In this document: one piece after another, positions 10,462 to 21,298 of the stretch | Position numbering within the stretch: position 1 is the stretch's first letter | How the letters are laid out: every line of letters begins with the position of its first letter | Origin: Crocinitomicaceae bacterium | GTDB taxonomy: Bacteria; Bacteroidota; Bacteroidia; Flavobacteriales_D; Crocinitomicaceae | Length of the DNA: 64,000 nucleotides | Assembly (NCBI GenBank): GCA_041674745.1 | Contig: JBAYVD010000011.1 | Coordinates: 62,216-126,215, forward strand | Direction: 5' to 3' | Made by a program: the position numbers and the translations under genes | Notes under the pieces: generated by a model | Database searches by the model: none | What the model saw: the letters and a program-made list of their open reading frames with translations, nothing else | What the model was told of the DNA's origin: nothing

Positions 10462-10490
10462 TTGCCAATCCAAAAGGGCGCTTAAATTTG
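10462..10490 (+). promoter_or_regulatory. Candidate sigma-A promoter (TTG-N18-TAAATTTG) for sdaA
   Basis: TTG at 10462-10464 and TAAATTTG at 10483-10490, 17 nt before the ATG at 10507. Confidence 0.4.
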
Positions 10491-10506
10491 TGTAAAACTT
10501 GTTTCC

Positions 10507-11931
10507 ATGGAATGCATAAGCGTTTTTGATATGTTAAAAATTGGTGTTGGACCATCCAGTTCTCACACGCTGGGACCTTGGCGCGCAGCATTGCGCTTTT
10601 TGGACCAATTGGCATTAAAAACAGATATTTCCACTTTGAAAAGCATCAAAGTAGATTTGTATGGCTCTTTGTCCTTGACAGGAAAAGGTCACGCAACGGA
10701 TATTGCGGTGGTGATGGGATTGTGTGGCAATGACCCTACTTCCTACCCTGTAGAAAATATGCAAGGAGACATCGATCGAATTAAAAAAGAAAAACAACTG
10801 ACACTCAACAATACTTCCTATGCGAATTTTGACTGGGAAACGGATATTGTTTTTCATCGAGAATTTCTGCCGTTTCATCCCAATGCGTTGATTTTTACCG
10901 CGGAATTTACCAAAGGCAAGAACTTAGAAGAAACCTATTACTCCATTGGTGGTGGTTTTGTAGTGCAAGAAGATAGAAAACGATCCAAGAAAAAGGATGA
11001 AATTTTTGCGACCTATCCCTACCCGATCGAAAAAGGAGATGAACTTTTGGCTTTTTGCGCTGCCGAAAACAAGAAAATACACGAAATTGTCTTGGCCAAC
11101 GAACTATCGGTTCGCTCTCAAGAAGAAATTGACAAAGGTTTGCAATCCATTTGGGATGTCATGCTCGATTCCATGTATACGGGTTGTCATACCGAAGGAA
11201 TATTGCCGGGTGGATTAAATGTCACTCGTCGCGCTTATGCGATGCACGAAAAATTAATTGGTGACCGAAGCTATACTTCTCATACAGAATGGGTGGCTAG
11301 TATTCGAAATACAACCGTGGCTTTTCGAGAAATTTTAAAATGGGTTTCCTGTTATGCGCTAGCTGTGAACGAGGTAAATGCTTCATTGGGACGTATTGTT
11401 ACCGCTCCTACCAATGGAAGTGCAGGAGTCATCCCGGCCGTATTGATGTATTATCTTACCATTGAAAATCACAAAGCTGGTTTTGAACACATCAAAGAGT
11501 TTTTATTGGTCGCGGGTGAAATCGGTAGCATTTTCAAAAAAGGCGCTACTATTTCTGCCGCCATGGGTGGTTGTCAAGCGGAAATCGGCGTATCCTCTGC
11601 CATGGCTGCAGGAGCCTTGACTTCGCTTTTGGGTGGAACTCCTGGACAAGTTTTAATGGCCTCAGAAATTGCCATGGAGCATCATTTGGGACTTACCTGT
11701 GACCCAATTGGCGGTTTGGTTCAAATACCCTGTATTGAACGAAATGCCATGGGCGCAATAAAAGCAATCAACGCAGCTGAATTGGCTTTGGATGGAGATG
11801 CGAGCAAAGCCAAAGTTTCACTCGACAATGTAGTTCAAACCATGTGGGAAACAGCACAAGACATGAATTCTAAGTACAAAGAAACCTCAGAAGGAGGATT
11901 GGCAGTGAACGTTGGGTTGGCCGATTGTTAG
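10507..11931 (+). CDS. sdaA: L-serine ammonia-lyase (iron-sulfur dependent, single-chain form)
   Basis: N-terminus [51 protein letters not shown], and about 470 aa in length. Confidence 0.92.
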   Translation: MECISVFDMLKIGVGPSSSHTLGPWRAALRFLDQLALKTDISTLKSIKVDLYGSLSLTGKGHATDIAVVMGLCGNDPTSYPVENMQGDIDRIKKEKQLTLNNTSYANFDWETDIVFHREFLPFHPNALIFTAEFTKGKNLEETYYSIGGGFVVQEDRKRSKKKDEIFATYPYPIEKGDELLAFCAAENKKIHEIVLANELSVRSQEEIDKGLQSIWDVMLDSMYTGCHTEGILPGGLNVTRRAYAMHEKLIGDRSYTSHTEWVASIRNTTVAFREILKWVSCYALAVNEVNASLGRIVTAPTNGSAGVIPAVLMYYLTIENHKAGFEHIKEFLLVAGEIGSIFKKGATISAAMGGCQAEIGVSSAMAAGALTSLLGGTPGQVLMASEIAMEHHLGLTCDPIGGLVQIPCIERNAMGAIKAINAAELALDGDASKAKVSLDNVVQTMWETAQDMNSKYKETSEGGLAVNVGLADC

Positions 11932-12326
11932 TCTGGCTCATAAAGTTGAGACTTTTGTGCATCAATGGAGTTTGGTAGTATCATCAAAAATTAAGAATGG
12001 AAGCCAATTGTTGGAAAGAAATTAACGATTTAAATGAATAATCCGGTCTATCGTCTTGTTCTAGAAGAAAGTAATTTATTTACTTCTAATGAAAAGAAAA
12101 AACTATATAAATCACAAAATCAGCATTTTAATTGGTTTCTCCAATAATTAAAAGACCCCGTGATTTTCCCCAAAAACCCCGTTTTTATTCCCGTTTCACC
12201 TTTTTAGTGGGTTCAATTCATTAAATTTGATTTGTGTCGAAACAAGAATGGCAATTTTTCACTTGGGAGAGTGATTGGGAAAAGCCAAAAAAATTGTAGC
12301 TGCACTACTAATGATTAACTAAAAAG

Positions 12327-12362
12327 AAACCCTGTATTTCATTTGATTTGCAGGGTTTTTTT
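12327..12362 (+). terminator. Rho-independent terminator-like hairpin
   Basis: AAACCCTG-N16-CAGGGTTT followed by a T-run. It sits about 400 nt downstream of the sdaA stop. Confidence 0.55.
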
Positions 12363-12468
12363 AGTTCAAATTCTGTGAAAAGTCTTTTTAACAAACCCTA
12401 TTCTGATTTAAAATTCTGTATTATCTTGCAGTTGATTTAATAAAACCACAAACCACCCGCAATTAAGA

Positions 12469-12999
12469 ATGAAAAGTAAACTTCTTTATTTATCGCTCAT
12501 TGGTATTTTATCAAGCTGCTATTTGAAACAAAATTCTAAAAAAGTTTTTTATTCCTACAATCCCAAAGCGAACGAAACGACCTTAACGATATCCCCGATT
12601 GGGAACATCCATATTCCAGGTAAATGGAAACGAACTGGGTACGATGAAAAAATGAAATCGTATTTATTTATAGATGATGAATACAACCGAATTGCCATTG
12701 CCAAAAACCGCCAAGCCGATTTTATCTTTGTTCGTCCAGCCATGACGGAAGAAATGTTTGTACTGGAATATTTTGCTTGGGAAACCAGACGTTCTGCAAG
12801 TCCAACCTTTCAAATGAAAAAGTTGCCTCATTTTGAAGGCGATAATTACCTTTTTTGGACGGCAAAAGGCAAAAATCTAGAAGCCATATATCTGTTTGGC
12901 GCCAAAAACAAAATTGCTTACAGCTTAGCCATTTATTCAGAAAATTGGGACTTTCAAGAAAATCTAGCTTTTTTGAAAAAATTATTTGACGACAATTGA
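12469..12999 (+). CDS. Hypothetical lipoprotein
   Basis: 176-aa ORF with a lipobox-like signal peptide (LIGILSSC). No family recognised. Confidence 0.55.
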   Translation: MKSKLLYLSLIGILSSCYLKQNSKKVFYSYNPKANETTLTISPIGNIHIPGKWKRTGYDEKMKSYLFIDDEYNRIAIAKNRQADFIFVRPAMTEEMFVLEYFAWETRRSASPTFQMKKLPHFEGDNYLFWTAKGKNLEAIYLFGAKNKIAYSLAIYSENWDFQENLAFLKKLFDDN

Positions 13000-13021
13000 T
13001 TCAGCTAGTTGATTTAATCAC

Positions 13022-13057
13022 AAAAAAAGGAGACTTGTAAAAACAAATCTCCTTTTA
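13022..13057. terminator. Bidirectional terminator hairpin between convergent genes
   Basis: GGAGACTTG-loop-CAAATCTCC (one mismatch), flanked by an A-run upstream and a T-run downstream. Confidence 0.5.
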
Positions 13058-13073
13058 TCTAAACTATTTTGGC

Positions 13074-15650
13074 CTATTTTACTAGAACCAATGAAACTGT
13101 CTTGTTGAATTGATCCGTTACAACGTTGATGAGATAAGTCCCTTGTGCTGCATTTTCCATGGAAATAGAAGTTGTAGAATGCACCAATTTTTCAGAATGG
13201 ATGATTCTTCCTGATAAATCCATTACAGTAACCACGGCAAGGCTGTTGGCATCAATCAATTGAACCGTAAAAATACCCTTGTTCGGATTCGGATACACTT
13301 TAAACAAATTCTCCGTTAACACGTCAATTCCAGCCACATTTTGAATGGTAATGCCAGAAATTGTAACAATATGGTTACAAGCATCGGTCACATTTACTGC
13401 GTACGTTCCGGCCACTAATCCGGTTAAATCTTCTGTATTTGATGTAAATCCGCCAGTTCCAGTCCATGAAAATGAATACGGAGCAAGACCTCCAGAAACT
13501 GTAATATCAATTGTTCCATCATTTCCGGTGATTTCAGGTGAAGAATTTGTAAAATTAGCTACCAACGGAGTCGCACAAGGATCAATCATGCCTACGCAAA
13601 AATTATTGGTTTCACTGTTTCCAAAATTCAGCGTTTGAATGCTTGCCAAAACAGCAGAAGCACTATCAGTAATTGAGTAGCTACCATTGGATGAACAACC
13701 AGATGATGTTCCTTCCATTCCATCGCCGTAATCATCAAAAATGGTAAAATCATAGCACCCTACGGCCAAACAAAGAGTTGTATTAACCGTTGTTTGATCT
13801 CCATAAGCACCCAGATCCGTTTGAGTAGCGACTTGAGTTCCACCAGGCAGCACAAATTCTTGATTCCCTCCAGAAGTCACCAAATTACTCCCAACATCTC
13901 TTAATTCCCAATAAGTTTCATATCCCCAACAGTCTGTTGTTACACTAATCGTAACCGCTTGACCCGTCGTAGAAGTTGTAAAACTCGAACTATTCGCATC
14001 ATTTCCTGTTCCCGTATCAGGTACACCGTTTGGCATTGAAGTAGCACAATTGAAAACATGTGCGCCAGCAGCAACCGTCATACTCGGCAAAGTAACAGAA
14101 GTGCTTGAACCGGGAGCCAAACTTCCTGTCCAAGTGTAGATGTTGTTGGTGCCTCCATCGACATTGTAATTGATGGTCGTAGATGTCAACACATTGTTTC
14201 CGTAATTTTTAATTGTAACGACTGGCACAAATTGGCCAGAACAATACAATCCGTTGGGTGAAGTTATCGCATTAACACCTGCATTATCTGGCGTTACGGC
14301 AACATTTGGGTCATATCCATCCAAAATGGTTAAACCCGAATTGTTGGGATCCAACCAATGTTTTAATTGTGCTGAAATAGACGCATTATTTGTCCAAGAA
14401 AGCGATAATTTACCATATTCATCTGATAAATCTGAATTTCCACAACCCGAAGCACCACCATGCAACTGACCAACAATTCGGTGATTCTGGTCAAACAATG
14501 GCGATCCAGATGAACCGCCTTCTGTCACACCTGAATCCCAATAATCTACTCTCCAATGACTGTTGGCAGGTGTTCCAGCCCACGTACCTGAAAGCAATGG
14601 ATTATTCTCGAACGAAATCTTTTTAATATCACCTGATGGGTGATGAATTCCTACAGCGGAAGTTGGAAAAGCACCAGTGGCATCCCATCCTGCAAAATAA
14701 GCATTGAACGAACTTGGAACTGTTCCATTGACAAATGGAGTTCCACTTGTAGCGGTCATTTCAACTAAACAGAAATCAGAAGGTGTATCCCTAGCTCTTA
14801 AAACTGCGCCATTAATGGATTGAAAAGTTGGAGAAGATCCAGGGTTTGGACAACCCGCTGCTTCCCAATTAAAACGGAAAATCCAGTTCGTTGGTGTGCT
14901 ATAACAATGGTTCGCTGTTAAAATATAGGGCTTGCCATCTTGTAACGTATTGTTAACGAGAGCACCTGAACAAAAACCATTGCTTCCTGAAACCAGCATG
15001 ACTACACTGCGTTTTTCATCGGACCAAGCAGCGCCTGAAGGACAGTTGGCGTTGTTGTTGCAATTTCCTGAGGAACCAAATGCTTTTTCAGCAAATTCGT
15101 TTGCTGTACGATACCCGTGTGTTACTTGATCAAATCGGAAGGAGCCATTCGCATTGTTTGGCGCGACGTAATATTCAACGATAGCGGTGTTCCCTGGCAC
15201 CAATTCGGTTCCCAATACATTTTCGCACAAGTGCTGTGTTGTAAATTTTCCGAGAATAAAACTTTTATCTTCATTGTAAACGTATAATTCATTTCCTTCC
15301 GGAATGTTTACATTATCCAATGTCAAATTTACGGTCAATGCGTTTTCACACACCAATTTTACCCGCCAAATCTTTCCACTATTTGGAAGGGTAATCCAAG
15401 CACCTGAATTGGCCAAGGTCAGATTCGTATGGTTGTTGAAACCAAATCTCCACGGACCTGCTTTTTGAGCATCTATCAAAGAATCTTCTTGACGAAGTGC
15501 TGTTATATCAGGCTCACTAAAATGGACGACAGGAATCACAAAGTGTTGATTTGCTTTGTTACTTTTCGGTAAGCCTCCGCCTCCTTGTATTTGTGCATTT
15601 GATGATAGTCCGATAAGCAATAGCCATCCTAGGAGTAATTTTATTTTCAT
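13074..15650 (-). CDS. Secreted trypsin-like (S1) serine endopeptidase with T9SS type A (Por_Secre_tail) C-terminal sorting domain
   Basis: Catalytic motifs LTANHC and TEGGSSGSPLF. A SprB-like repeat (GNDGTIDITVSGGLAPYSFSWTG...AGTYAVNVTDA). C-terminus KVYPNPNKGIFTVQL....VTVMDLSGR is a type A CTD. Confidence 0.8.
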   Translation of the reverse strand: MKIKLLLGWLLLIGLSSNAQIQGGGGLPKSNKANQHFVIPVVHFSEPDITALRQEDSLIDAQKAGPWRFGFNNHTNLTLANSGAWITLPNSGKIWRVKLVCENALTVNLTLDNVNIPEGNELYVYNEDKSFILGKFTTQHLCENVLGTELVPGNTAIVEYYVAPNNANGSFRFDQVTHGYRTANEFAEKAFGSSGNCNNNANCPSGAAWSDEKRSVVMLVSGSNGFCSGALVNNTLQDGKPYILTANHCYSTPTNWIFRFNWEAAGCPNPGSSPTFQSINGAVLRARDTPSDFCLVEMTATSGTPFVNGTVPSSFNAYFAGWDATGAFPTSAVGIHHPSGDIKKISFENNPLLSGTWAGTPANSHWRVDYWDSGVTEGGSSGSPLFDQNHRIVGQLHGGASGCGNSDLSDEYGKLSLSWTNNASISAQLKHWLDPNNSGLTILDGYDPNVAVTPDNAGVNAITSPNGLYCSGQFVPVVTIKNYGNNVLTSTTINYNVDGGTNNIYTWTGSLAPGSSTSVTLPSMTVAAGAHVFNCATSMPNGVPDTGTGNDANSSSFTTSTTGQAVTISVTTDCWGYETYWELRDVGSNLVTSGGNQEFVLPGGTQVATQTDLGAYGDQTTVNTTLCLAVGCYDFTIFDDYGDGMEGTSSGCSSNGSYSITDSASAVLASIQTLNFGNSETNNFCVGMIDPCATPLVANFTNSSPEITGNDGTIDITVSGGLAPYSFSWTGTGGFTSNTEDLTGLVAGTYAVNVTDACNHIVTISGITIQNVAGIDVLTENLFKVYPNPNKGIFTVQLIDANSLAVVTVMDLSGRIIHSEKLVHSTTSISMENAAQGTYLINVVTDQFNKTVSLVLVK

Positions 15651-15938
15651 ATTTTTTCTGTTTTAGCAAATAAGGGGTTCTTGTAACAAGTCAATTCCTT
15701 TCGCCGGTTTTATTTTTAGCGAAATAAAAGTAAAACAATTGCAACAAGACTCCAAATTAATAAACGATAATTGCGAACAAAAGGTTGAAGTATAGAAGTG
15801 AATCAAGATGGCTTTTGATAAGATTAATCTGATTAACAAAATTGTTTTCGTCCGGTAACCCTTTTATCCCAAAAAGAATGACGTACTTGCGCTAAATCTT
15901 TCGTGTGAATGCACACACTTGCGATTTCGGTATAAACG

Positions 15939-16556
15939 ATGAGCAAGCAAAATAAAGCGGAGGTAGCGCAATTTGAAGGATTGATTCAAGGATTGATTGA
16001 TCATCAATACGGTTGTTGCAATGATTTTCTAACTCTCGCAGAACTTGCAGGACTTAGAGACAACTTATTAGCATTCAGACAAAAAGGAACACTAAAAAAT
16101 GCTGGTATCGGCAATAAACTAGCTTTGCACAAAGACAAATCCATTCGAGGTGATCAAGTCAAATGGATTGACGAACAGAGTTCAAACGTTTTTGAAAGTA
16201 TCTATCTCAAGAAAATCTGGCGTTTCATTGACTACTTGAATAAAAGTTGCTTCACCTCTATTTTAACATTTGAAAGCCATTATGCAAACTATGCGTGCGG
16301 TGATTTTTACAAACGACATCTCGATCAGTTCAAAAATGAAAAAGGTCGAAAATTCTCGATAGTATTGTACTTAAATCAAGACTGGAAAATGGAAGATGGA
16401 GGCTTGCTTTCACTCTATCCTGAATTAGGAGCTCAGCAAAACATTTCTCCGATGGAAGGTCGTTTGGTCCTCTTCAGAAGTGATGAAATGGAACACGAAG
16501 TTCATCCTTCACCAACCCGAGAAAGAAGCAGTATTGCTGGGTGGATGAAAAATTGA
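15939..16556 (+). CDS. 2OG-Fe(II) oxygenase family protein (prolyl 4-hydroxylase-like)
   Basis: F.KRHLDQF......RKFSIVLYLN.DW...DGG.L.LYP and GRLVLFRSDEMEHEV.P......RSSIAGW carry the HxD...H/R signature. Confidence 0.78.
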   Translation: MSKQNKAEVAQFEGLIQGLIDHQYGCCNDFLTLAELAGLRDNLLAFRQKGTLKNAGIGNKLALHKDKSIRGDQVKWIDEQSSNVFESIYLKKIWRFIDYLNKSCFTSILTFESHYANYACGDFYKRHLDQFKNEKGRKFSIVLYLNQDWKMEDGGLLSLYPELGAQQNISPMEGRLVLFRSDEMEHEVHPSPTRERSSIAGWMKN

Positions 16557-16614
16557 GACGGACACTGTTTGGTTATTTTTTTCACACTTGCCTATTCTCT
16601 GTACGGATTGAGAT

Positions 16615-17463
16615 TCACAAACGCAACCCAATCAAACAAATGTCATCGGTTTGTTCATTGGCACCTTTCCAATCAAGGTGTTCAGATAGCAGACGATTTT
16701 TTTGATCCTCCAAGCAATCTGAAGCGTTTTCCTCTAGTAGTTTCCGTAGGGCAATGGATTTGTATTTTTTGTCCTTCGGTCCACCAATCTGGTCTTGAAA
16801 ACCATCTGTGCTTAAATAAAGTGTGTCGCCTGTTTTGTATGCAATTGATTTTGATTCGAAATTCCGATCGGCTGAAATTTGCCAACCACCGAGTGGATAA
16901 ACAGAACCTTTTAGAATTTCAATGCCTTTTTTTTGTACCAAGAACGCTTTTTGCTTGGCGCCAGCGTAATGAATCATTTTATTTTTTCGATCAATGCAAC
17001 ACAGTGAAATATCCATCCAGTCATTGTTGAAGCCTTCGTCTTGCATATCCGAACTGAAACTTTCGATGAACCGTTTGTCCATTTCCATCAAAATACGATT
17101 CACTTTCTTGATCCGTTTCTTTAGAATGGCGTACGTCAGCATATTGTTTCCCAAAATGGATAGCATCGCTCCTGGAACACCATGACCCGTGCAATCACCC
17201 ACGGCCACATAAACCAAGTCATCATTTACTTCTGACAACCAATAAAAATCGCCCGAAATAATATGTTGAGGCAAAAATAAGACAAATGAATCGTCAAAAA
17301 TTCGGTTGAAATGGCGAGGCTTGGGGAGTATACCTTTTTGCAGAATCGCAGCATATTTCAAACTACTGATAAACTCACTGTTCATATTTCCATTCAGGTT
17401 ACGCGAAATCGTTTCATTTGTGACATTTTCAACAGTTGGGACTAAATCCTTTAGTCTGCGCAT
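16615..17463 (-). CDS. PP2C-family (SpoIIE/RsbU-like) serine/threonine phosphatase
   Basis: ISGDFYW, AVGDCTGHGVPGAMLS, YLSTDGFQDQ and DDICLIG motifs. Confidence 0.8.
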   Translation of the reverse strand: MRRLKDLVPTVENVTNETISRNLNGNMNSEFISSLKYAAILQKGILPKPRHFNRIFDDSFVLFLPQHIISGDFYWLSEVNDDLVYVAVGDCTGHGVPGAMLSILGNNMLTYAILKKRIKKVNRILMEMDKRFIESFSSDMQDEGFNNDWMDISLCCIDRKNKMIHYAGAKQKAFLVQKKGIEILKGSVYPLGGWQISADRNFESKSIAYKTGDTLYLSTDGFQDQIGGPKDKKYKSIALRKLLEENASDCLEDQKNRLLSEHLDWKGANEQTDDICLIGLRL

Positions 17464-17707
17464 TTTAGTATCGTTGGTTTATTTGGTAAATCTTGTGTTA
17501 ACAAAAGTAATGGCGCTAGGCTGTTGCCGTGCTACCTCAATATTAAGTTCGTGTTATGATATTGAGGAGAATTCAAGCTTTTCAAGGCTTTCACCTAGTT
17601 TTGACAGGCGATTCACGTACAATTTCTCCTCTATCTTTTCCTCCATCAAAAACCACTAAAATCTTTGTACCTTTCTGACGTTTAATGATTCAAAAACTAA
17701 AATACCA

Positions 17708-18430
17708 GTGAAGTCAACTCGTTACAAAAACAGTCGTAGAAAATCATCCCTCCTGCTGTTGCTCTTTTTTCACTTTTGCAGTCTAAGTTTTGCCCAGAAA
17801 GATACTGCCTGCACTTCCTTATCTTACGCACTGCAGCATCCATTGGAAATAACGAATCTAGAATTGGTTGGTCAACATTTAGATACTTTACCAGAGGAGA
17901 TAGGAGAAATGATTCATCTCAAATACTTGTTGCTGGAAGACAACCAACTTTCCTTTTTACCAGCTTCCATGTGCCAATTGATCGAGCTGGAAGAATTGGG
18001 CGTAGACGGCAATAAGTTAAGCGAATTACCAGCATGCATCGGGCAATTGAAACAGTTGAAATACCTGGGTATGGACGACAATCAACTGACCGTATTTCCA
18101 AAAAGTTTCACCGATTTAACTCAACTGGAAGAGTTGTACATGAATGGAAATCAACTTGCTGCCTTGCCCGATGATTTTGGGAAACTAATCCAGTTGGAAG
18201 TAGTGGAAATGGATGAAAATCAAATCACAGGACTCCCTTATTCCTTTGGAAATCTGACCAATTTAGAATTCCTCTTACTTGGAAATAACCCCATTTTACA
18301 GTTTCAAGAATCGTTTTTCAAACTGACCCAATTGGAAGAACTAATGATATCAGGTCCTACCTTTACACCTGAAAGAAAAGCATTGATTCGCAGTAGATTG
18401 CCCAACTGTGTCTTGAATCCAACGAATTAA
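17708..18430 (+). CDS. Secreted leucine-rich repeat (LRR) protein
   Basis: Signal peptide followed by about 8 units of 23 aa (L..L..L.L..N.L..LP..). Confidence 0.85.
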   Translation: MKSTRYKNSRRKSSLLLLLFFHFCSLSFAQKDTACTSLSYALQHPLEITNLELVGQHLDTLPEEIGEMIHLKYLLLEDNQLSFLPASMCQLIELEELGVDGNKLSELPACIGQLKQLKYLGMDDNQLTVFPKSFTDLTQLEELYMNGNQLAALPDDFGKLIQLEVVEMDENQITGLPYSFGNLTNLEFLLLGNNPILQFQESFFKLTQLEELMISGPTFTPERKALIRSRLPNCVLNPTN

Positions 18431-18543
18431 TAAAAATTGTTAGGGACCGATTCAAATGAGAACTTTTAATTGAATAAAAGAGCATCACGGTTGAACCCTT
18501 CTACCTTTCTCTTGTACTGAGCTAAAAACAAATCAAAAGTACC

Positions 18544-19512
18544 ATGAGAAAATTTTCATCAATCGCTATTCTATTCTTTATTCAATCGGCAAGTTTCGCG
18601 CAAGTTTCCGGCAACATCAATTACCAAAAACAAGTTGCGTTTCCTGAAAAAAACATCGATATTCGATTACAAACCAACAATGAAAACTCCATTTCCGTAA
18701 AAGGTTTGGCCAATGTAAAAGCCGATGCTTACATCGCCATTTTTAATGTTTCACAAGAAGGAAAAACCGCGGAAGAAGTAAATGAATTAATCGACAAACG
18801 CATTTCTGAGTCTTTGACGAAAATTAAATTGAAAAAGGAGATTGAAACGTATGTAGACATGATTTCATTCGTTCCGGTTTATGAATATGAAGTGGAAAAA
18901 AAGATTTTCAGCAAGAAAAATTATATGGAAATCCCGGTGGGATTTGAATTGAAAAAAACCATCCACATCCGTTATACCAATCCAAATTTCCTGAATGAAT
19001 TCATCGAAATTTTGTCACAAAACGAAATTTATGATTTGGTTCGCGTAGATTATTTCTCCACGGCATTGGAAGCCATCAAAAAAGAACTCATGACCAAAGC
19101 CAAATTGTTACTCACGGAGAAAACGAAAAATTACGAAGCCATTTTGGGAGAGACGTTTGCCAATACTGAAAAACAAATCGCCGATGGATTCAAAGTTGTT
19201 CTACCCGTGGAAATGTACCAATCTTACGAAGCATATAGCAGTTCATCACTCAACTTAAAGCGATCGGCGAATGTCAATGTTGCCCAGAAATCAAAAACCT
19301 TGTATTACCAACCGATCGTTGACAAAGAATTTGACTTTGTCATCAATCCCGTGATTTTAGAACCCGTTATTCAAGTGATGTACGAATTGAAACTCAGCGT
19401 TCTCCGAGAGAAAAAAACGGCTCCTGCTCCCACCGTTGAAGTGAAAAATACCAAAGAGTACATTTTAATCACCCCAAATGGTGATCTAAAAAACTTGAAT
19501 TTGATTAAATAA
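18544..19512 (+). CDS. Hypothetical secreted protein, possibly SIMPL/DUF541-like
   Basis: Signal peptide. ISVKGLANVKADAYIAIFNV resembles the SIMPL N-terminal motif, but the assignment is weak. Confidence 0.45.
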   Translation: MRKFSSIAILFFIQSASFAQVSGNINYQKQVAFPEKNIDIRLQTNNENSISVKGLANVKADAYIAIFNVSQEGKTAEEVNELIDKRISESLTKIKLKKEIETYVDMISFVPVYEYEVEKKIFSKKNYMEIPVGFELKKTIHIRYTNPNFLNEFIEILSQNEIYDLVRVDYFSTALEAIKKELMTKAKLLLTEKTKNYEAILGETFANTEKQIADGFKVVLPVEMYQSYEAYSSSSLNLKRSANVNVAQKSKTLYYQPIVDKEFDFVINPVILEPVIQVMYELKLSVLREKKTAPAPTVEVKNTKEYILITPNGDLKNLNLIK

Positions 19513-19619
19513 GTATGGAAAAGTGTCAATAAAATATTTAATTAATTGAATAGCTAATAGTTATTTTATATTTCAAGCTTTTTAAAGAAAAATTCCCTGT
19601 TAAAATTCCCCAATTCGTA

Positions 19620-19649
19620 TTGTGGGAATTTTTTGTTGTACTACATTTG
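19620..19649 (+). promoter_or_regulatory. Candidate sigma-A promoter (TTG-N19-TACATTTG) for the DoxX-MarR-nitroreductase cluster
   Basis: TTG at 19620-19622 and TACATTTG at 19642-19649, 32 nt before the ATG at 19682. Confidence 0.45.
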
Positions 19650-19681
19650 TATCGCATACGATATAATCGCAATCGATAAAA

Positions 19682-20110
19682 ATGAAAAACCGACCAAATT
19701 TCAAAACAATTTCCCGAATAATTTTGGCCAGTTTCATGATTTTTGCTGGGTTCAGTCATTTAACTTTTAACCGCATAGAATTCCAATCGCAAGTTCCCAA
19801 TTGGGTTCCACTCGGCAAAGATTTGGTCGTTATTTTATCTGGAATTGTTGAAATGATACTGGGAATTGGATTACTCTTCTCGAAGAAATACCGTGTACAT
19901 TTTGGATGGGCCTTGGCTACTTTCTATGTTTTGATTTTCCCTGGCAACATCGCTCAATACATCAATGGAACCGATGGTTTTGGTGCATTGAATACAGATA
20001 AAGCGCGACTCATTCGACTTTTCTTTCAGCCCGTTTTAGTGTTATGGGCTTTGTGGTCGTCTAACGCATGGCAAGTTTATCAATCAAAAAAAACACGTAA
20101 AAATGGATGA
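19682..20110 (+). CDS. DoxX-like family membrane protein
   Basis: 142 aa with four hydrophobic segments. FAGFSHL......VP.W.P......V..SG..E..LG..LL pattern. Confidence 0.6.
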   Translation: MKNRPNFKTISRIILASFMIFAGFSHLTFNRIEFQSQVPNWVPLGKDLVVILSGIVEMILGIGLLFSKKYRVHFGWALATFYVLIFPGNIAQYINGTDGFGALNTDKARLIRLFFQPVLVLWALWSSNAWQVYQSKKTRKNG

Positions 20111-20561
20111 TCAACAATTGTTGTTAGGCAATCAGATTTGCTTTCCGTTGTATTCGGTTTCCCGACTCATCACCAAAGCGTATACGCCCTATTTAAAAAA
20201 GATGGGTTTGACCTATCCTCAGTATTTGGTGATGATGGTTTTGTGGGAAAAAGATGCTGTCAGCGTGAATCAAATTGTAGAGCAGTTGATGCTGGATACC
20301 AATACACTGTCTCCTTTGCTAAAACGCATGGAAAAAATGGAGTTGATCAAACGCAATCGTTCCACAGAAGACGAACGTTGTGTGCACATTGGTTTGACCC
20401 AAAAAGGAAGAGAATTAAAGAAAACTGCCGTCCCAATCCCTGAGCAATTGTTACAAAATCTACTAACTGAAAATATTGAATTAGAAGAAATTATCCATTT
20501 AAAAGAGGTGCTCAATACCTGGATAGATGCATTAGCAAAAAAACAAACAACAATCAAATAA
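20103..20561 (+). CDS. MarR family transcriptional regulator (OhrR-like)
   Basis: QICFPLY...R...KAY.P.L...GLTYPQYLVM..LWE......V..I...L.LD..TL.PLLKR.E is typical of OhrR-type MarR proteins. Overlaps the upstream gene by 8 nt. Confidence 0.85.
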   Translation: MDDQQLLLGNQICFPLYSVSRLITKAYTPYLKKMGLTYPQYLVMMVLWEKDAVSVNQIVEQLMLDTNTLSPLLKRMEKMELIKRNRSTEDERCVHIGLTQKGRELKKTAVPIPEQLLQNLLTENIELEEIIHLKEVLNTWIDALAKKQTTIK

Positions 20562-20574
20562 CAGTCAAATCAAA

Positions 20575-21207
20575 ATGGAATTATTAGACAAATTGAACTG
20601 GAGATACGCTGCCAAAGCGATGAACGGAGAAAAAGTAGCACAAGACAAAATCGATCGGATTTTAGAAGCGGCTCGATTGGCACCTACTTCCAGTGGCTTA
20701 CAACCTTTCGAAATTTATGTGATCACCAACCAAGAAGTAAAGGAAAAAATCAAACCCGTTGCATGGAACCAATCAGTCATCACGGATTGTTCGCATTTAT
20801 TGGTTTTCGCCGCGTGGGACACGTACACAGTGGATCGTATCAATAAAATGTTTGATTTAACCAATGAAGTTCGTGGTTTTTCAAACGAAGGATGGGAAAA
20901 TTACCGTCAAATGTTGTTGGCAAGTTACCCACAACGGGACGAAGAATTAAATTTCAATCACGCGGCAAGACAAGCCTACATTGCCTTTTCACAAGCCATT
21001 GCAGCAGCTGCTTTTGAAGGAGTGGATGCTACACCTTTGGAAGGTTTTGACCCCAATGCAGTAGACGAAATATTAGGTTTGCGTGCAAAAGGATTGCGTA
21101 GTGTGGTCTTGCTTCCATTGGGTTACAGAGCCACCGATAAAGATTGGTTGGTCAACCTAGTAAAAGTGAGAAAAAGCACAGAAGACTTGGTTACAGTCAT
21201 CGACTAA
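20575..21207 (+). CDS. NAD(P)H-dependent nitroreductase family oxidoreductase
   Basis: L.WRYA.K.......V....I..ILEAARLAPTSSGLQP and PLEGF motifs, 210 aa. Confidence 0.85.
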   Translation: MELLDKLNWRYAAKAMNGEKVAQDKIDRILEAARLAPTSSGLQPFEIYVITNQEVKEKIKPVAWNQSVITDCSHLLVFAAWDTYTVDRINKMFDLTNEVRGFSNEGWENYRQMLLASYPQRDEELNFNHAARQAYIAFSQAIAAAAFEGVDATPLEGFDPNAVDEILGLRAKGLRSVVLLPLGYRATDKDWLVNLVKVRKSTEDLVTVID

Positions 21208-21298
21208 TCATCGATAAAGTTCATTAAATCAACGATAGTTCGAACGGTAAAGTTGGACTATCGTTGTTGTTCATTCATCACCGATTTGAAAAAAATCC

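Noticed and set aside
16569-17030. 153-aa plus-strand ORF
   Set aside because: It is entirely antisense to the well-supported PP2C/SpoIIE phosphatase gene and has no recognisable motifs.
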